Shown: positions 1-9,745, counted from the first letter of the stretch. The stretch: DNA of 64,000 bases from a virus (IMGVR_UViG_2927713021_000002:3647-67646); one strand, 5' to 3'. Made by a program: numbers and translations. Notes: generated by a model not told the origin, from the letters alone.

Positions 1-1868
1 CCCATGCTCCCAAGCACGCCGCCAACCAGCCCGCCGATGGCGGTGCCGATCACTGGCACCACCGAGCCGATTGCAGCGCCCGCTGCAGCGCCGGCCAAGC
101 CTCCGCCCAAGCCGCCCAGAGCAGTGCCATAGCCCTCGAGCTTCTGCTCAGGCGTGGCATTACTGCTGTAGGTGTCGGCGAGTTGAAGGGTGGTGCCCAG
201 CAGCGCCAGGCCTGGCAGCTTTTTCAAGACTGTCTGTGGCAGGCCGAGAGGTGAGCTGGTGCCGACCTTGGCAGCGCCACGTCGCGACCGGCCTGGCGCA
301 GTACCTGAAGCACTTTTCCGGCCACGCTTTTTGTTTGAACGAGCAGGTGTTACAGCGGGCCGATCTTTGACTGGCATCACACTGAATGCTGTTGCTGCCG
401 CAAGACTGAGCGCCCGACCAAGTCCAGCTGCTCGCGGCCGGGCGGACGAACGGCCAAATGTAACGGCAGTAGGAACAACTGCAGACTGACCCAGGCGGCC
501 TAGACAACTGCAGTCAAGTTTCGGTGACGTCGTATTCCTCTCAACTTTCTTATCGTGTGGCTCCTGTCCCTGTTGCCCTGCAACTGCGGGGTTTGCTTCA
601 TCTGCTTGCGCGGCTGCTTGGGCTTTGGCAGCAGCCGACTTTGGCTGGTCCTGGAAAGAATCGAGCACGTCGCCGCCTACCAGTCGACCTAACACCTCAC
701 CTATGGTGCTACCGATCGCCGCGGAGCGCTGTTGAACTCGCTCTTTCTTGGAAAAGAGGACTCCCAATGCTGTTCCGATTAATTTCCCGCCGAACCCTCC
801 CGCAACTGCACCAACCTCTTCGGCTTGCTCCTTGCCATCCTCGCCTGTGGCCAATGCCTTGCCAATATCGAGCAAAGCGCCAAACCAGTTTTCCTTGGCA
901 AATTTTCCTCCGGCCTTTGCCGCCCGCTGTTGGTCTTTTGCGGGAGCTTGTTGGCTCAATACATGGCCCACGCCGGCAACAATGGTGGCGACTGCCGCAT
1001 ACACTGGCAGCGTATTGGCTTGTTCAGCCTTTCCCGCCGCAGCCGCTGCGAGTTCCTCCGCTCCCGCAGCGGAGCGCTGCTTCGGCTTGGATGAGTCATC
1101 CGCCGCCGCGCTGGATGTCCGCTGATCGACCAAAGCCAGTCCAGAAATTGCCTGGTTCAGCCGGGTCAGGTTTTGATGCAAACGACCCAGCTGATCGTTC
1201 AGAGGAGCTAGTGTCAGACGCTGTGCGCCTGCCCCCTGCAAATGATCCGGCTCGGTCGAATTGCCGATTAGATGCCCCGGTTCAAGCACAGGCCGGACAC
1301 CGGTCCATGCACCGAGAATCAGACCGAGCCGGGTGGTATCCATTTGCTTGCGTAACAGATCGATGCTGATGCGCAGCGCTTCGATTGCGGCCCCCAGCGG
1401 CGGGCTGAAAGACCCACTTACTTTAGGCGTTTCGAGATTCGGCGCCCCCTTAGCGGAGCGCTGCTCTGGCACGGGTGAGGCACTCTTCTCAGGGGAATAT
1501 TTCAAAGGCGCGCGCCACTGCGCTGGCTGATCCTGCCGCTTGACCCAGATCAGGCCGGATATCACCTGGTCCAGCCGGGCCAAGTTTTGATGCAGACGAC
1601 CCAGCTGATCGTTCACAGGCGCTAGTGTCAGACGCTGTGCGCCTCGCCCCTGCAAATGATTCGGCTCGGTCGAATTGCCGATTAGATGCCCCGGTTCAAG
1701 CACAGGCCTGACACCGGTCCATGCACCGATGATCAGACCGAGCCGGGTGGTATTCATTTGCTTGCGTAACAGATCGATGCTGATGCGCAGTGCGTCAAGC
1801 GCAGCCCCCAACGGCGGGCTGAAGTTGACACTGAGCCCCAGGTTGAATGGCCCTAATGTCTCTGCCAT
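1..1868 (-). CDS. Tailocin tape measure protein (3' end beyond window; missing from ORF track because there is no stop)
   Basis: Manual translation from ATG at 1868 (SD CAGGAG upstream): MAETLGPFNLGLSVNFSPPLGAALDALRISIDLLRKQ... open to position 1, ending in Gly/Ala-rich GGLGGGLAGAAAGAAIGSVVPVIGTAIGGLVGG. Follows the tail chaperone gene. Confidence 0.8.
   Translation of the reverse strand, partial: MAETLGPFNLGLSVNFSPPLGAALDALRISIDLLRKQMNTTRLGLIIGAWTGVRPVLEPGHLIGNSTEPNHLQGRGAQRLTLAPVNDQLGRLHQNLARLDQVISGLIWVKRQDQPAQWRAPLKYSPEKSASPVPEQRSAKGAPNLETPKVSGSFSPPLGAAIEALRISIDLLRKQMDTTRLGLILGAWTGVRPVLEPGHLIGNSTEPDHLQGAGAQRLTLAPLNDQLGRLHQNLTRLNQAISGLALVDQRTSSAAADDSSKPKQRSAAGAEELAAAAAGKAEQANTLPVYAAVATIVAGVGHVLSQQAPAKDQQRAAKAGGKFAKENWFGALLDIGKALATGEDGKEQAEEVGAVAGGFGGKLIGTALGVLFSKKERVQQRSAAIGSTIGEVLGRLVGGDVLDSFQDQPKSAAAKAQAAAQADEANPAVAGQQGQEPHDKKVERNTTSPKLDCSCLGRLGQSAVVPTAVTFGRSSARPRAAGLGRALSLAAATAFSVMPVKDRPAVTPARSNKKRGRKSASGTAPGRSRRGAAKVGTSSPLGLPQTVLKKLPGLALLGTTLQLADTYSSNATPEQKLEGYGTALGGLGGGLAGAAAGAAIGSVVPVIGTAIGGLVGGVLGSM
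1151..1823. repeat. Imperfect direct repeat, two ~259-bp copies (1151-1409, 1565-1823), 414-bp period, in frame within the tape measure
   Basis: e.g. GGCTCGGTCGAATTGCCGATTAGATGCCCCGGTTCAAGCACAGGCC occurs in both copies; 414/3 = 138 codons. Confidence 0.95.
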
Positions 1869-1881
1869 GGCTTACTCCTGC

Positions 1882-2026
1882 TCATTCCGAAAGCCACCAG
1901 ACCATGTCGCTGTACGACATGGTCATGATTTCGCTCGCGGAAAAGTTCAGCTCCTTGGCCAGCCGCTTGGCAGCGGCCTTGTGCCGGGCCGGGTCAAAGT
2001 TCGTCGTCCTGCACCAGGCGAAAATA
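1882..2026 (-). other. Frameshift extension of tail assembly chaperone (gpE+E'-like)
   Basis: Start-less +1 frame ORF ...TNFDPARHKAAAKRLAKELNFSASEIMTMSYSDMVWWLSE* overlapping the chaperone 3' end. Confidence 0.65.
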
Positions 2027-2296
2027 GCCCGCCTGCAGACGGCTGTAGTCCTTCAGGGCCAGGCCTTCGAGGTCCTTGATACCGACCTCGGCCAGCGAGG
2101 CGAACAGGTTCAGCTCACGCTGTTCGTCATCATTGGCGCCGCCCGCCTGGGCGTTGCGGATATCGCGCACGGTGGGTGCGCGCAACGACAGGCTATCGAC
2201 CTGGACGCCGTTGGCCTGGCTGGGCCGGGACAGCTGCACGCTGACGCGTTCAGCGCTCAGGGTCAGCCATTGCGGCAGTTTTTTCGCTTGAGCCAT
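1994..2296 (-). CDS. Tail assembly chaperone (gpE/gp41-like)
   Basis: LSLRAPTVRD...ELNLFASLAEV...LEGLALKDYSRLQ motif; lies between tube and tape measure. Confidence 0.85.
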   Translation of the reverse strand: MAQAKKLPQWLTLSAERVSVQLSRPSQANGVQVDSLSLRAPTVRDIRNAQAGGANDDEQRELNLFASLAEVGIKDLEGLALKDYSRLQAGYFRLVQDDEL

Positions 2297-2306
2297 GGGC
2301 TTCTCC

Positions 2307-2816
2307 TTAAAGGCCGAGCGCAATGCGTTGCGCAGTCAGTTGATCGACACCATTGATCACGCGCTTCATACCCAGCGCATCGATCTCGTAGACCAGCCGG
2401 CCATCGACTTCGAGCTTGTAGTAGGTCACGGCCACGCTGTGCTTGATTTCAGCTTTGTCACCGGACTTCCAGTCGCCCATATCGACTTCCTTGAGGGCGC
2501 CGCGCAGGGTCACTACCACCGGATTGATCTTGCCCTTGAGGCCTTTGAAGGCGCCGCGGAAGGTGCCGTTGAAGCCACTGCCATCGGCCAGGCCGAAGAA
2601 CTTCAGGGCGTCGCGGCGCACGCCGGTGGTGGTGAACGCCGCCTCCTGTTTCTCCATGCCTTGGTCCATTTCGACCGGCATGTCCATGCCGCCTGGGCGG
2701 TGCTCTTCCATTTTCAGGGTGAGCTTGGGCAGGGTCAGGCTGGGTACATCGCCCTGGAAGCTGACGCCATCGACGAACAGGTTCAGGTTGGCCAGGGTTT
2801 CGGGAATCATTGCCAT
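2307..2816 (-). CDS. Major tail tube protein (P2 FII-like)
   Basis: LFVDGVSFQG...LPKLTLKMEEHRPGGMD...YYKLEVDG...EIDALGMKRVINGVD. Confidence 0.92.
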   Translation of the reverse strand: MAMIPETLANLNLFVDGVSFQGDVPSLTLPKLTLKMEEHRPGGMDMPVEMDQGMEKQEAAFTTTGVRRDALKFFGLADGSGFNGTFRGAFKGLKGKINPVVVTLRGALKEVDMGDWKSGDKAEIKHSVAVTYYKLEVDGRLVYEIDALGMKRVINGVDQLTAQRIALGL

Positions 2817-2829
2817 GTAAATGCGCTCC

Positions 2830-3996
2830 TTAAGCGACGGAATCGAGGACTTCGGTCAGCCACTGATTGGTGACTTCAACGCGGAAGTTGGGGTTTTCAG
2901 CAGGTGGGACGTCGGTGAAGCGGATGTTCCAGTACACCTTGCCCTGCTCGAGCTGGCTGGCAGTGTTCAGCTCAGGGTCGGCGAACACCTCGAAATTGAT
3001 GATCGCGCCCTGGTTCTTCAGGTCGCGCATGAACGCCTGCAGGCCCTCGGTTACATCTTTGACGTAGGTCGCGGTAATGGCGCGATCGACCGCCCATTTG
3101 TGGCCATAGAGGATCGCGTCCATGACGATATCCATGGTCCGCACACGGGTGACGAAGGCCCACTTCGCGTCGGCCGACAAGGTGCGGTTGCCCCACAGGC
3201 GGAAGCCGTCGTCGCGAATGATGGTGGCGATGTTGGCGTTGTTGAGCAGGTTGGCTCGGCAGGTTTCGTCACCGTCGAGGAATTCGATCGGGCGACCGGT
3301 GCCAGTGATACCGACGAATTCCTTGTTCGATGGCGAGGCCCAGAAGCCGTACTCCGCGTCAGTCCAGGCAAACAGCCCGGCCACATACGCCGAGCCAGGC
3401 GCGTCGACCGTGGCGTTTTTGCTGGTGTCCCAGTACTGCACACCCGGATCGACCATATAGGCGCGCTTGGCGCCGAACTCGCCAGCGTAGGCGATGACCG
3501 CTTCATCGGTGGTGTTGGGGCCGTCGATGATGGCAATTGCGCGCAGCTTGTCAGCCAGCGCCACCAGGGCGGTAGCGACCGCCTGGGTCGCGCTGTGCTT
3601 GGGGCTAACCAGCAGACGCGGCTGGGCGTTGAAGCGGCTTTTTCCGTCGAGAAGTGCCTGCAGGCCGGTCCGCTTGCCGTCCGCCAAGGTGCCGCCGATG
3701 ATCGCCGAGGTCTGCTCGGCAGCGTCCTCGAGCTTGGCCACGCCGCAGGCGACAATCACCGCCTTGGCACGGGTGAAGACAGCTTGGCAAGCCTTGGTGA
3801 TTGCCGCGTCAGGGCCGAACGCGGCAATCGCCTCGCGCTCGCTGGTGATCAGCATCAGGTCATTGGGCTGCGCGGTAAGCGCTGGCGCCGGGGTGAAGGT
3901 ATCGACCAAACCAATGATCGAGGACGACGGCAAGGCAATAGTACGCGCGCCGGTGTCGACGTTTGTTACGGTAACGCCGTGAAAGAAGCCAGACAT
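2830..3996 (-). CDS. Contractile tail sheath protein (P2 FI-like)
   Basis: MSGFFHGVTV..., FWASPSNK, GFRLWGNRT, FTDVPPAENPNF. True ATG at 3996 with GGAG SD. Confidence 0.93.
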   Translation of the reverse strand: MSGFFHGVTVTNVDTGARTIALPSSSIIGLVDTFTPAPALTAQPNDLMLITSEREAIAAFGPDAAITKACQAVFTRAKAVIVACGVAKLEDAAEQTSAIIGGTLADGKRTGLQALLDGKSRFNAQPRLLVSPKHSATQAVATALVALADKLRAIAIIDGPNTTDEAVIAYAGEFGAKRAYMVDPGVQYWDTSKNATVDAPGSAYVAGLFAWTDAEYGFWASPSNKEFVGITGTGRPIEFLDGDETCRANLLNNANIATIIRDDGFRLWGNRTLSADAKWAFVTRVRTMDIVMDAILYGHKWAVDRAITATYVKDVTEGLQAFMRDLKNQGAIINFEVFADPELNTASQLEQGKVYWNIRFTDVPPAENPNFRVEVTNQWLTEVLDSVA

Positions 3997-4081
3997 AGAT
4001 TCTCCAGATATGAAAAGGCCCCGCGTCAGCGAGGCCATTAGGGGTACAGCAGAAAAGAAAACGCCCCGTCGGTGCGGGGCG

Positions 4082-4510
4082 TTATTGGGATTGGTCGGCG
4101 ATCCAGGGCGGGGCAACCGGCCTGTGCTCGACGACGGGAAATTGATCTGACTGGGGCCAGTCGCGCAGATCCTGCAGGTAGGCCAGCAGCTCGGCGAACT
4201 GGTCGGCTGACAGGGTGGTTTCGCGCTCAAGGTCCTGCTCGTCGCGATGACGGTCACGCAGCCACTGCCGTGCCGACAGCTCGCCGTCACGCCATGCGCG
4301 CTCCCGCGCAGCAATATCGTCCGAGCCAAGGGCCGGTGGATCGATCAGAATGGGCAAACACTTATCGTCGTGAGCACGCACTTTGCCCGGCTCGGGATTA
4401 CCAATGACCGCATTCCAGCGATCCTCGGAAATCTCCACCGCGTCGGGAGGCATCACTGAATGGATTGCCTCCAAATAGCAGCATCCCGTTGTCTGACTGT
4501 AATAGTGCAT
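4082..4510 (-). CDS. Tail fiber assembly chaperone
   Basis: MHYYSQTTGCCY...ERAWRDGEL...YLQDLRDWPQSDQFP...RPVAPPW; directly follows the fiber gene. Confidence 0.8.
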   Translation of the reverse strand: MHYYSQTTGCCYLEAIHSVMPPDAVEISEDRWNAVIGNPEPGKVRAHDDKCLPILIDPPALGSDDIAARERAWRDGELSARQWLRDRHRDEQDLERETTLSADQFAELLAYLQDLRDWPQSDQFPVVEHRPVAPPWIADQSQ

Positions 4511-4513
4511 TTC

Positions 4514-6430
4514 TTATTTCCCCATGCAGAAGAACGTATAACCGACGATGCTAGGCGGCACCGCGCCATTGGTAGCAGATCGGGCATTGATGTCGATGCC
4601 TGTTGACGAAGCGTTCTGCCCAGTCACCACCACGCCAGTCGCGGATGTCCCGATGGAATACACCACCAGACTTGAATTGAACTCAAGTGGCAGCCTGACT
4701 CTGACCGTACCAGCACCTGCGTTGATTTGACCGTTCGCCCACTGGATGATCAGCCCGCCGAGCCAGGTGGGAAATACAAAGTAGCCGTTGGACGTATAGC
4801 TGAACGCAAAGCCCCAGCGCATTTTCTTGGGCGATACCGCGACCGTGTCCAGGGTGCCGGAGTCGGTCTCTGCCTGGGTCGCAAGACGTAACACCCCGTA
4901 GAAGACTTCCGTTGCCTGCGCCGCAGCGCTTCGCATCGCCTGAAAGACTCTCAGCGGCGTCATGAGCTTGTTGTCGACCTCCCCGGCCTCTGCCTCAACC
5001 TGGCTGGCTTGGGCATTCCTGAGCTTTTTCGGCGTCACCATGGTGGCGTCGTCGGCGCCGTTGCTGACCTGCGTCTGAGTCGCCACCTTTGCCCAGCCAA
5101 GTACTGCCTCAGTGGATTGAACAACCTTTTTGGCCAACAGCTGCGCGACCCGACGCGGAGACATCCATACAGACGCCGAGACACCTGTTTCAGCCTCTTC
5201 CTGGGTCGCTTCAACCATGTTCCCGGTGTGCAGCATTTCTACCCACGACTCCCAGTCAGCAGAAGCCTCAGTAGGGAACGTCTTATTGGCCGCCCGGTAG
5301 AAGAAACGGTTTTGATAAATCCGCTTCAACTCTTGATGCGGGTAGGCAGCGGCTCCGCGAACAATCAAATGACTCGCTCCCAGGATGGGCGCGTTCTTCA
5401 AAGGCTCGCCTGATGTATAGGCATACACGCCATCGAGCAGCATGGTGTTCAGGTCGGTACTCGCTGGCAGTGGCAGCGGCGTACCTATTCCGTACTGACC
5501 TATTTTGACTGCATCGACAATCCCATAGCCGGCCAGGCTGGTCGGATTGGAACCAGCAACCACACGACCGTACTTATCAACGGTTACGCTTTTATAAGTA
5601 CCTACGGTGACGCCAGATGGCCCGGCGAGCATTTCAAAAGCAAGCGCCGTGACGCCCAGCGTGATCGGCGCGTCCGTAACCAGTTGCCAAATGCTGTCGC
5701 CGTTGGCTGTACCCTTCTCCACCGCCACCATCAGGCCAGGCGTGACCTCTGCGCTTAGATCCGCATCGGCGCTGCGCTTCCAGGCACCACCGGCTACCAC
5801 CGCATAGATACCGTTGTCCTTGCCCGCATTCTGGTTCTTCACCAGCACCCGTGCTCCGGCAGTCAACGCTACGCCATCAATGCTCTGCAGGCCGCTCAGG
5901 GCAATGTTGGCCGTAGTGGCTACCAGCACCGATGGCTTTGTGTCCTGCTCGGCAAGCCTGCCCTCTACCCACTCGCGGGTCGCCAGCACCACGCTCGGGT
6001 CAATCTTGAGCTGCACATTGCTGGCACTGCTGACCACCAGGTTCATACGTACAACTTGCGTTCGGCCCGACCCCTGAGTGAGCAAAGGCTTATAGGTCGG
6101 CGGGCAGTTGGCGATTGCCACAAGGTCGCCGTCAGCGTCATACAGGCCGATCTCACGAATCCAGCGCCCACCGCTATCGGCCGGAATAACCTGCTCAGCC
6201 ACGATGATAGAGGCGTCTTTATCGTCGACCTTGAGTTGATTGAGTGGCGCGCGGCGCCACTCATTGATCAGCGCACGTTGCGTTGCATTTGGCGTCGACT
6301 CGGCGCCGCCGGCATCGCCGATGCCCATCTGGGTAATCTTCCACGGGATGCCCAAGGCATCCGCGTTGGCCTGCTTTGCCGCGCCCACATTGGTCAGGAT
6401 CGCGTAATACTGTGAATTCTGGTCAGCCAT
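4514..6430 (-). CDS. Tailocin tail fiber protein (gpH-like N-terminus, internal repeats, gp53-like C-terminus)
   Basis: N-terminal ILTNVGAAKQANA...WIREIGLYDADG...KPLLTQGSGR; four ATQxE...G...xTP/SP repeats; C-terminal NGYFVFPTWLGGLIIQW. Confidence 0.9.
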   Translation of the reverse strand: MADQNSQYYAILTNVGAAKQANADALGIPWKITQMGIGDAGGAESTPNATQRALINEWRRAPLNQLKVDDKDASIIVAEQVIPADSGGRWIREIGLYDADGDLVAIANCPPTYKPLLTQGSGRTQVVRMNLVVSSASNVQLKIDPSVVLATREWVEGRLAEQDTKPSVLVATTANIALSGLQSIDGVALTAGARVLVKNQNAGKDNGIYAVVAGGAWKRSADADLSAEVTPGLMVAVEKGTANGDSIWQLVTDAPITLGVTALAFEMLAGPSGVTVGTYKSVTVDKYGRVVAGSNPTSLAGYGIVDAVKIGQYGIGTPLPLPASTDLNTMLLDGVYAYTSGEPLKNAPILGASHLIVRGAAAYPHQELKRIYQNRFFYRAANKTFPTEASADWESWVEMLHTGNMVEATQEEAETGVSASVWMSPRRVAQLLAKKVVQSTEAVLGWAKVATQTQVSNGADDATMVTPKKLRNAQASQVEAEAGEVDNKLMTPLRVFQAMRSAAAQATEVFYGVLRLATQAETDSGTLDTVAVSPKKMRWGFAFSYTSNGYFVFPTWLGGLIIQWANGQINAGAGTVRVRLPLEFNSSLVVYSIGTSATGVVVTGQNASSTGIDINARSATNGAVPPSIVGYTFFCMGK

Positions 6431-7031
6431 GTGCAATGTCCAAGGTATCTATTGTGTGTTCGCGGCCGCCGCGACCTATAGCGCCTGTGACCGCAATAAT
6501 CGATGAGGCAGGCGGGTAGACATCCAGCTCGTCGCCCTCCTGCAGGGCGCAGCCCACATACAGTGCGCCGCGGGTTTCCAGACTTATCACCAACCCCGTC
6601 ATATGCCGACTGACCGGCCGAGCGTCATCAATCAGCGCCGACAACTCGGCATACGTCTGCTCACTGATGCCCGCATCGGAAACGCCAATCTTCAAAGCGA
6701 AGGTTCCAGGCACAGCAGCCGGCTTGGCCTGCCACCACTCCTCCACTTCAATCAGGTAGCCAAACGGCTCGACCACACGCCGAAGTGCGCCAAGGGTGCC
6801 TTTGTGGGCATGTACGAAGAACGACGAGCGAATCACCGAGCGCTTGATCGCGTCGCTCCAACTGTCGTCCCAGCGGTCGACCGACCAGGCCCAGGCAAGT
6901 TGATAGAGCAAGTGCGGCGGGCAGTTTTCGGGGCTGTAGAGCAGGCGTAAGTCGACCTTGAGGTCTTCATCGCCTGCGGCTTCGATGGCGCATTCCAGCG
7001 CGGTGCGGTTGAGCGGCAGCAGGCTGTCCAT
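6423..7031 (-). CDS. Phage tail protein I (baseplate wedge)
   Basis: SLLPLNRTALE...LAWAWSVDRWD...HAHKGTLGALRR...ARPVSRH. Confidence 0.9.
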   Translation of the reverse strand: MDSLLPLNRTALECAIEAAGDEDLKVDLRLLYSPENCPPHLLYQLAWAWSVDRWDDSWSDAIKRSVIRSSFFVHAHKGTLGALRRVVEPFGYLIEVEEWWQAKPAAVPGTFALKIGVSDAGISEQTYAELSALIDDARPVSRHMTGLVISLETRGALYVGCALQEGDELDVYPPASSIIAVTGAIGRGGREHTIDTLDIAHG

Positions 7032-7032
7032 A

Positions 7033-7914
7033 TCAGCCGCCCCGCTTCAGATCGAAGCCCGTGCACCACGCAGCCTGGGACTTGCTCGGGCGGATGTCGG
7101 CCCAGCCGCTGAGCTCAACCCGACTGACCCCGCCAATGTGCAGCTGTGCATCGATCCCGGAACGTGCAACTTCGACGCCCAGGCGTCGACGCGGGTTGAT
7201 CCAGGCTTGCAGCCGACGACGGCACTCGGCGAGCACCGCCTCCGACTCAGGGCCGCTGTCAGCGATGTAAAGGGTGGCATCAATGCGGTAGGGCAAGACC
7301 TCGGCGCTACGCACGCTGACGCGGTCGGCTACCGGGCGAATGTCATCGTCATTGAGGTACGCGGCCACCTGGGCCAGCAACTGCGCATCTGCTACACCGT
7401 TGCCCTCCAGGCTCAACACAGTGACATCGACGACCGCGGGCGACGGGCTCTCGGCGGTTGCGTCAGCGACCAGTCCCGAGGCGTTGCGAGCGTGCAGGAT
7501 GTAACTGTTGCGCGGCCCGGCAGTGGTGAGCCCCTCGTAGACCAACTGCACCCGCTCGCGCAGTGCCGCGTCAGACTCGAACAGTGCCTCGAGCGGCGGT
7601 ACCTGAGTCCGGTCTTCAGCCTGGATGAGCAAACGCTGCAGGCTGACATTGGCCGCTAATTGGTCGAGGTCGCTGCCTTGAGCGTAAGCCAACAGCAGTG
7701 CCTTGGCCGCGTCGTTGATGCGTGCCCGGTTGAGCAATTTGCGGTAGGCCCCGACTTCCAGCAGCTTGCAGACCGGGTCACTTTCAAGCTGTGCGGTCCA
7801 AGCGTCCCCCAGATGCGCGCGAAAGGTCTGCAGATCAGCCTGATACAAGGCCTCGTAATCGAGGTCTTCGAGCAACTGAGGTGCTGGCAACTGGGCCAGG
7901 TCGACTTGGCTCAT
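7033..7914 (-). CDS. Baseplate J-like protein
   Basis: DLAQLPAPQLLEDLDYE...LESDP...GLTTAGP...IRPVADRV. Confidence 0.92.
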   Translation of the reverse strand: MSQVDLAQLPAPQLLEDLDYEALYQADLQTFRAHLGDAWTAQLESDPVCKLLEVGAYRKLLNRARINDAAKALLLAYAQGSDLDQLAANVSLQRLLIQAEDRTQVPPLEALFESDAALRERVQLVYEGLTTAGPRNSYILHARNASGLVADATAESPSPAVVDVTVLSLEGNGVADAQLLAQVAAYLNDDDIRPVADRVSVRSAEVLPYRIDATLYIADSGPESEAVLAECRRRLQAWINPRRRLGVEVARSGIDAQLHIGGVSRVELSGWADIRPSKSQAAWCTGFDLKRGG

Positions 7915-8237
7915 ACCTGCACCTCGAGCATGGCTTCAGTGCCCAGGTAGCGGCCACGCAGGCTCATGCTGACCTGACCGCCGATTACCGCAATCACCTT
8001 GACTCGCTCCAATTGCAAACGCGGTTCCCAACGTCCCAGAGCACGGGCGACTTCAGCTTGTACGGCGCTTTTCCAACCTTCGTTGACCGGCAGGTCGACG
8101 TAGCGGCGCAGTTGGCTGCCGTATTCCGGGCGCATGCGGCGGCTGCCGAGGGGGGTAGAAAGGATGTCTTCAATCGATTGACGCAGGTGGGCGATGCCGG
8201 CCAACGGCTGGCCGGTGCGCCGGTCCATACCGATCAT
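7911..8237 (-). CDS. Baseplate W / gp25-like protein
   Basis: MIGMDRRTG...HLRQSIEDILSTPLGSRRMRPEYGS...WEPR. Confidence 0.9.
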   Translation of the reverse strand: MIGMDRRTGQPLAGIAHLRQSIEDILSTPLGSRRMRPEYGSQLRRYVDLPVNEGWKSAVQAEVARALGRWEPRLQLERVKVIAVIGGQVSMSLRGRYLGTEAMLEVQV

Positions 8238-8337
8238 GGCGCACCTCCAGGCGAGGGCCGGACAGCAATGGTCGAGCCCCATGGGCAGGTTTGCATAGCA
8301 GTCTCCTGACAGAAAAAAACCCGCATCGGCGGGTCTG

Positions 8338-8898
8338 TTAATGTTTGTGATTGGCCGTGTTGCCGGCCGTGTCGATGATCTGGCCGCCACCATTGATGTC
8401 GCCGCTGACCACCAGCGGGCCCTTGATCGAGACGCTACCGGTGAGGGTGATCGCCGCTGCGTCAAGGCTGATGGCGCCGTCGCTGACCTGCAGCGTGCTG
8501 CCCCCGACCCGGATGCTGGCGTTGCCGGTCGGCAAGTGGATGTCGTAGCGCCGTGCTTGCCAGTCGTAGGCCAGTGAGCCGCCATCGGCGAAATGCCACA
8601 CTTCAAGATGGTCACGGTTATCTGGTGGGCTCCCCGCATTGCCATACAGTCCCGGGAAGAACGTACCCTGGGCTGGCTCGCCGCTGGGACTCAACAGGAC
8701 GCCCTGCTCGCCAATACTTGGCGCGCGCCAGTGGCGGGCCTGGCCTGCCGCCAGTGCATGCCAGCGCAACCAGGCGCTGCTCCAGCCGCTGCCATCCGAG
8801 ACCCGTACCCGCGCAGCGGCAGGATCCACCGCCACTACGCGGCAAGGGATGACCAGGCAGGCCAACATGCGGTCGTGCATTGAACTTGAGTAACTCAT
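8338..8898 (-). CDS. Baseplate assembly V / spike protein
   Basis: WRAPSIGEQGVLLSPSGE, FADGGSLAYD, C-terminal H-x-H (NHKH). Confidence 0.9.
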   Translation of the reverse strand: MSYSSSMHDRMLACLVIPCRVVAVDPAAARVRVSDGSGWSSAWLRWHALAAGQARHWRAPSIGEQGVLLSPSGEPAQGTFFPGLYGNAGSPPDNRDHLEVWHFADGGSLAYDWQARRYDIHLPTGNASIRVGGSTLQVSDGAISLDAAAITLTGSVSIKGPLVVSGDINGGGQIIDTAGNTANHKH

Positions 8899-9395
8899 GA
8901 CAGATCCTGTGCAGGGAAGTAATTGCCCTCGTTGCCAGGGCCGGTTTCCGGGCTGATCCCCAGCATCAACTGCCCAGGCGGCTGGTCGGGCCAATCCCAG
9001 CGTGGCTCGCCGAGCAGCACCGGCTGGTCCCAGCGCACCGTCCAGCCACTACCGTCGAACTGAGCCTCGACATTGCGGCTCGCTTCGACGAAATCCAGCT
9101 CCCAGAACTGCTGGCGCAGCACGTCGATCAATTGCGCTGCCAGGAGGCTGCCTTGCAGGCGCGCCTCGGCCTGGGCGCTATCCGCGGCGGTAATGTCCGC
9201 CTCGAAACTGGCGAGCAGCACCGAGCGTCCATCGCGGGGGGCAGGGTCGGCCGTCATGCGCACCACGCCATGGCGCAGTGCGGGTAATGCCGTGCTATTT
9301 CCTACAGATGAATATGCATCGACTGACGCAAGTTCCGGGATCGCCTCACGAATGGTTGCGGTTACTGCCGCGTGTAAGGTTGTCAGTTCGCTCAT
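8895..9395 (-). CDS. Conserved tailocin protein between holin and spike (collar/tail-completion-like)
   Basis: Position and translational coupling to V; MSELTTLHAAV...WTVRWDQPVLLGE. Confidence 0.6.
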   Translation of the reverse strand: MSELTTLHAAVTATIREAIPELASVDAYSSVGNSTALPALRHGVVRMTADPAPRDGRSVLLASFEADITAADSAQAEARLQGSLLAAQLIDVLRQQFWELDFVEASRNVEAQFDGSGWTVRWDQPVLLGEPRWDWPDQPPGQLMLGISPETGPGNEGNYFPAQDLS

Positions 9396-9397
9396 GT

Positions 9398-9745
9398 TCA
9401 GGGCTCCTCTCGCACATCTGCCCGCGCGCCGTCGCGCAGCCCAAGCCGCTTGGCTGCCCAGCGTTCATAAAGGCCGATGGCAACATCGGCTCCCGCCATC
9501 GCAGTCAGACAGCCAAAGGCGCTGGCGCTCCAGATCGACATGCCGCTGGCGTACAGCAGCATCACCGTCGACACGCCACAGATCATGCATGCCCCGGAAC
9601 GCAGCGCCAGCCGGCGCACCAGCGACCAGCCTTTTGCTCCAGCCTTGTCGGCCCGCCACATTTCGCCGGAAACACCGCCCAGCAACGCCAGGACGATTAC
9701 CAGCCAGAGCGGCATTTCCAGTAACGCTTGTTGCTCGTTCGTCAC
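9398..9745 (-). CDS. Tailocin holin
   Basis: 115 aa with three hydrophobic segments and a basic C-terminus (MTNEQQALLEMPLW...GEMWRADKAG); first gene of the tail operon. Confidence 0.85.
   Translation of the reverse strand: MTNEQQALLEMPLWLVIVLALLGGVSGEMWRADKAGAKGWSLVRRLALRSGACMICGVSTVMLLYASGMSIWSASAFGCLTAMAGADVAIGLYERWAAKRLGLRDGARADVREEP

Noticed and set aside
1151-1823. Repeat pair as a DGR template/variable region
   Set aside because: Mismatches involve all bases rather than only adenines, both copies are in one reading frame, and there is no reverse transcriptase in the window.
524-2079. Plus-strand ORFs 524-1369, 748-1125, 1261-1530, 1675-2079
   Set aside because: Antisense shadows of the continuous minus-strand tape-measure frame; no recognisable motifs.
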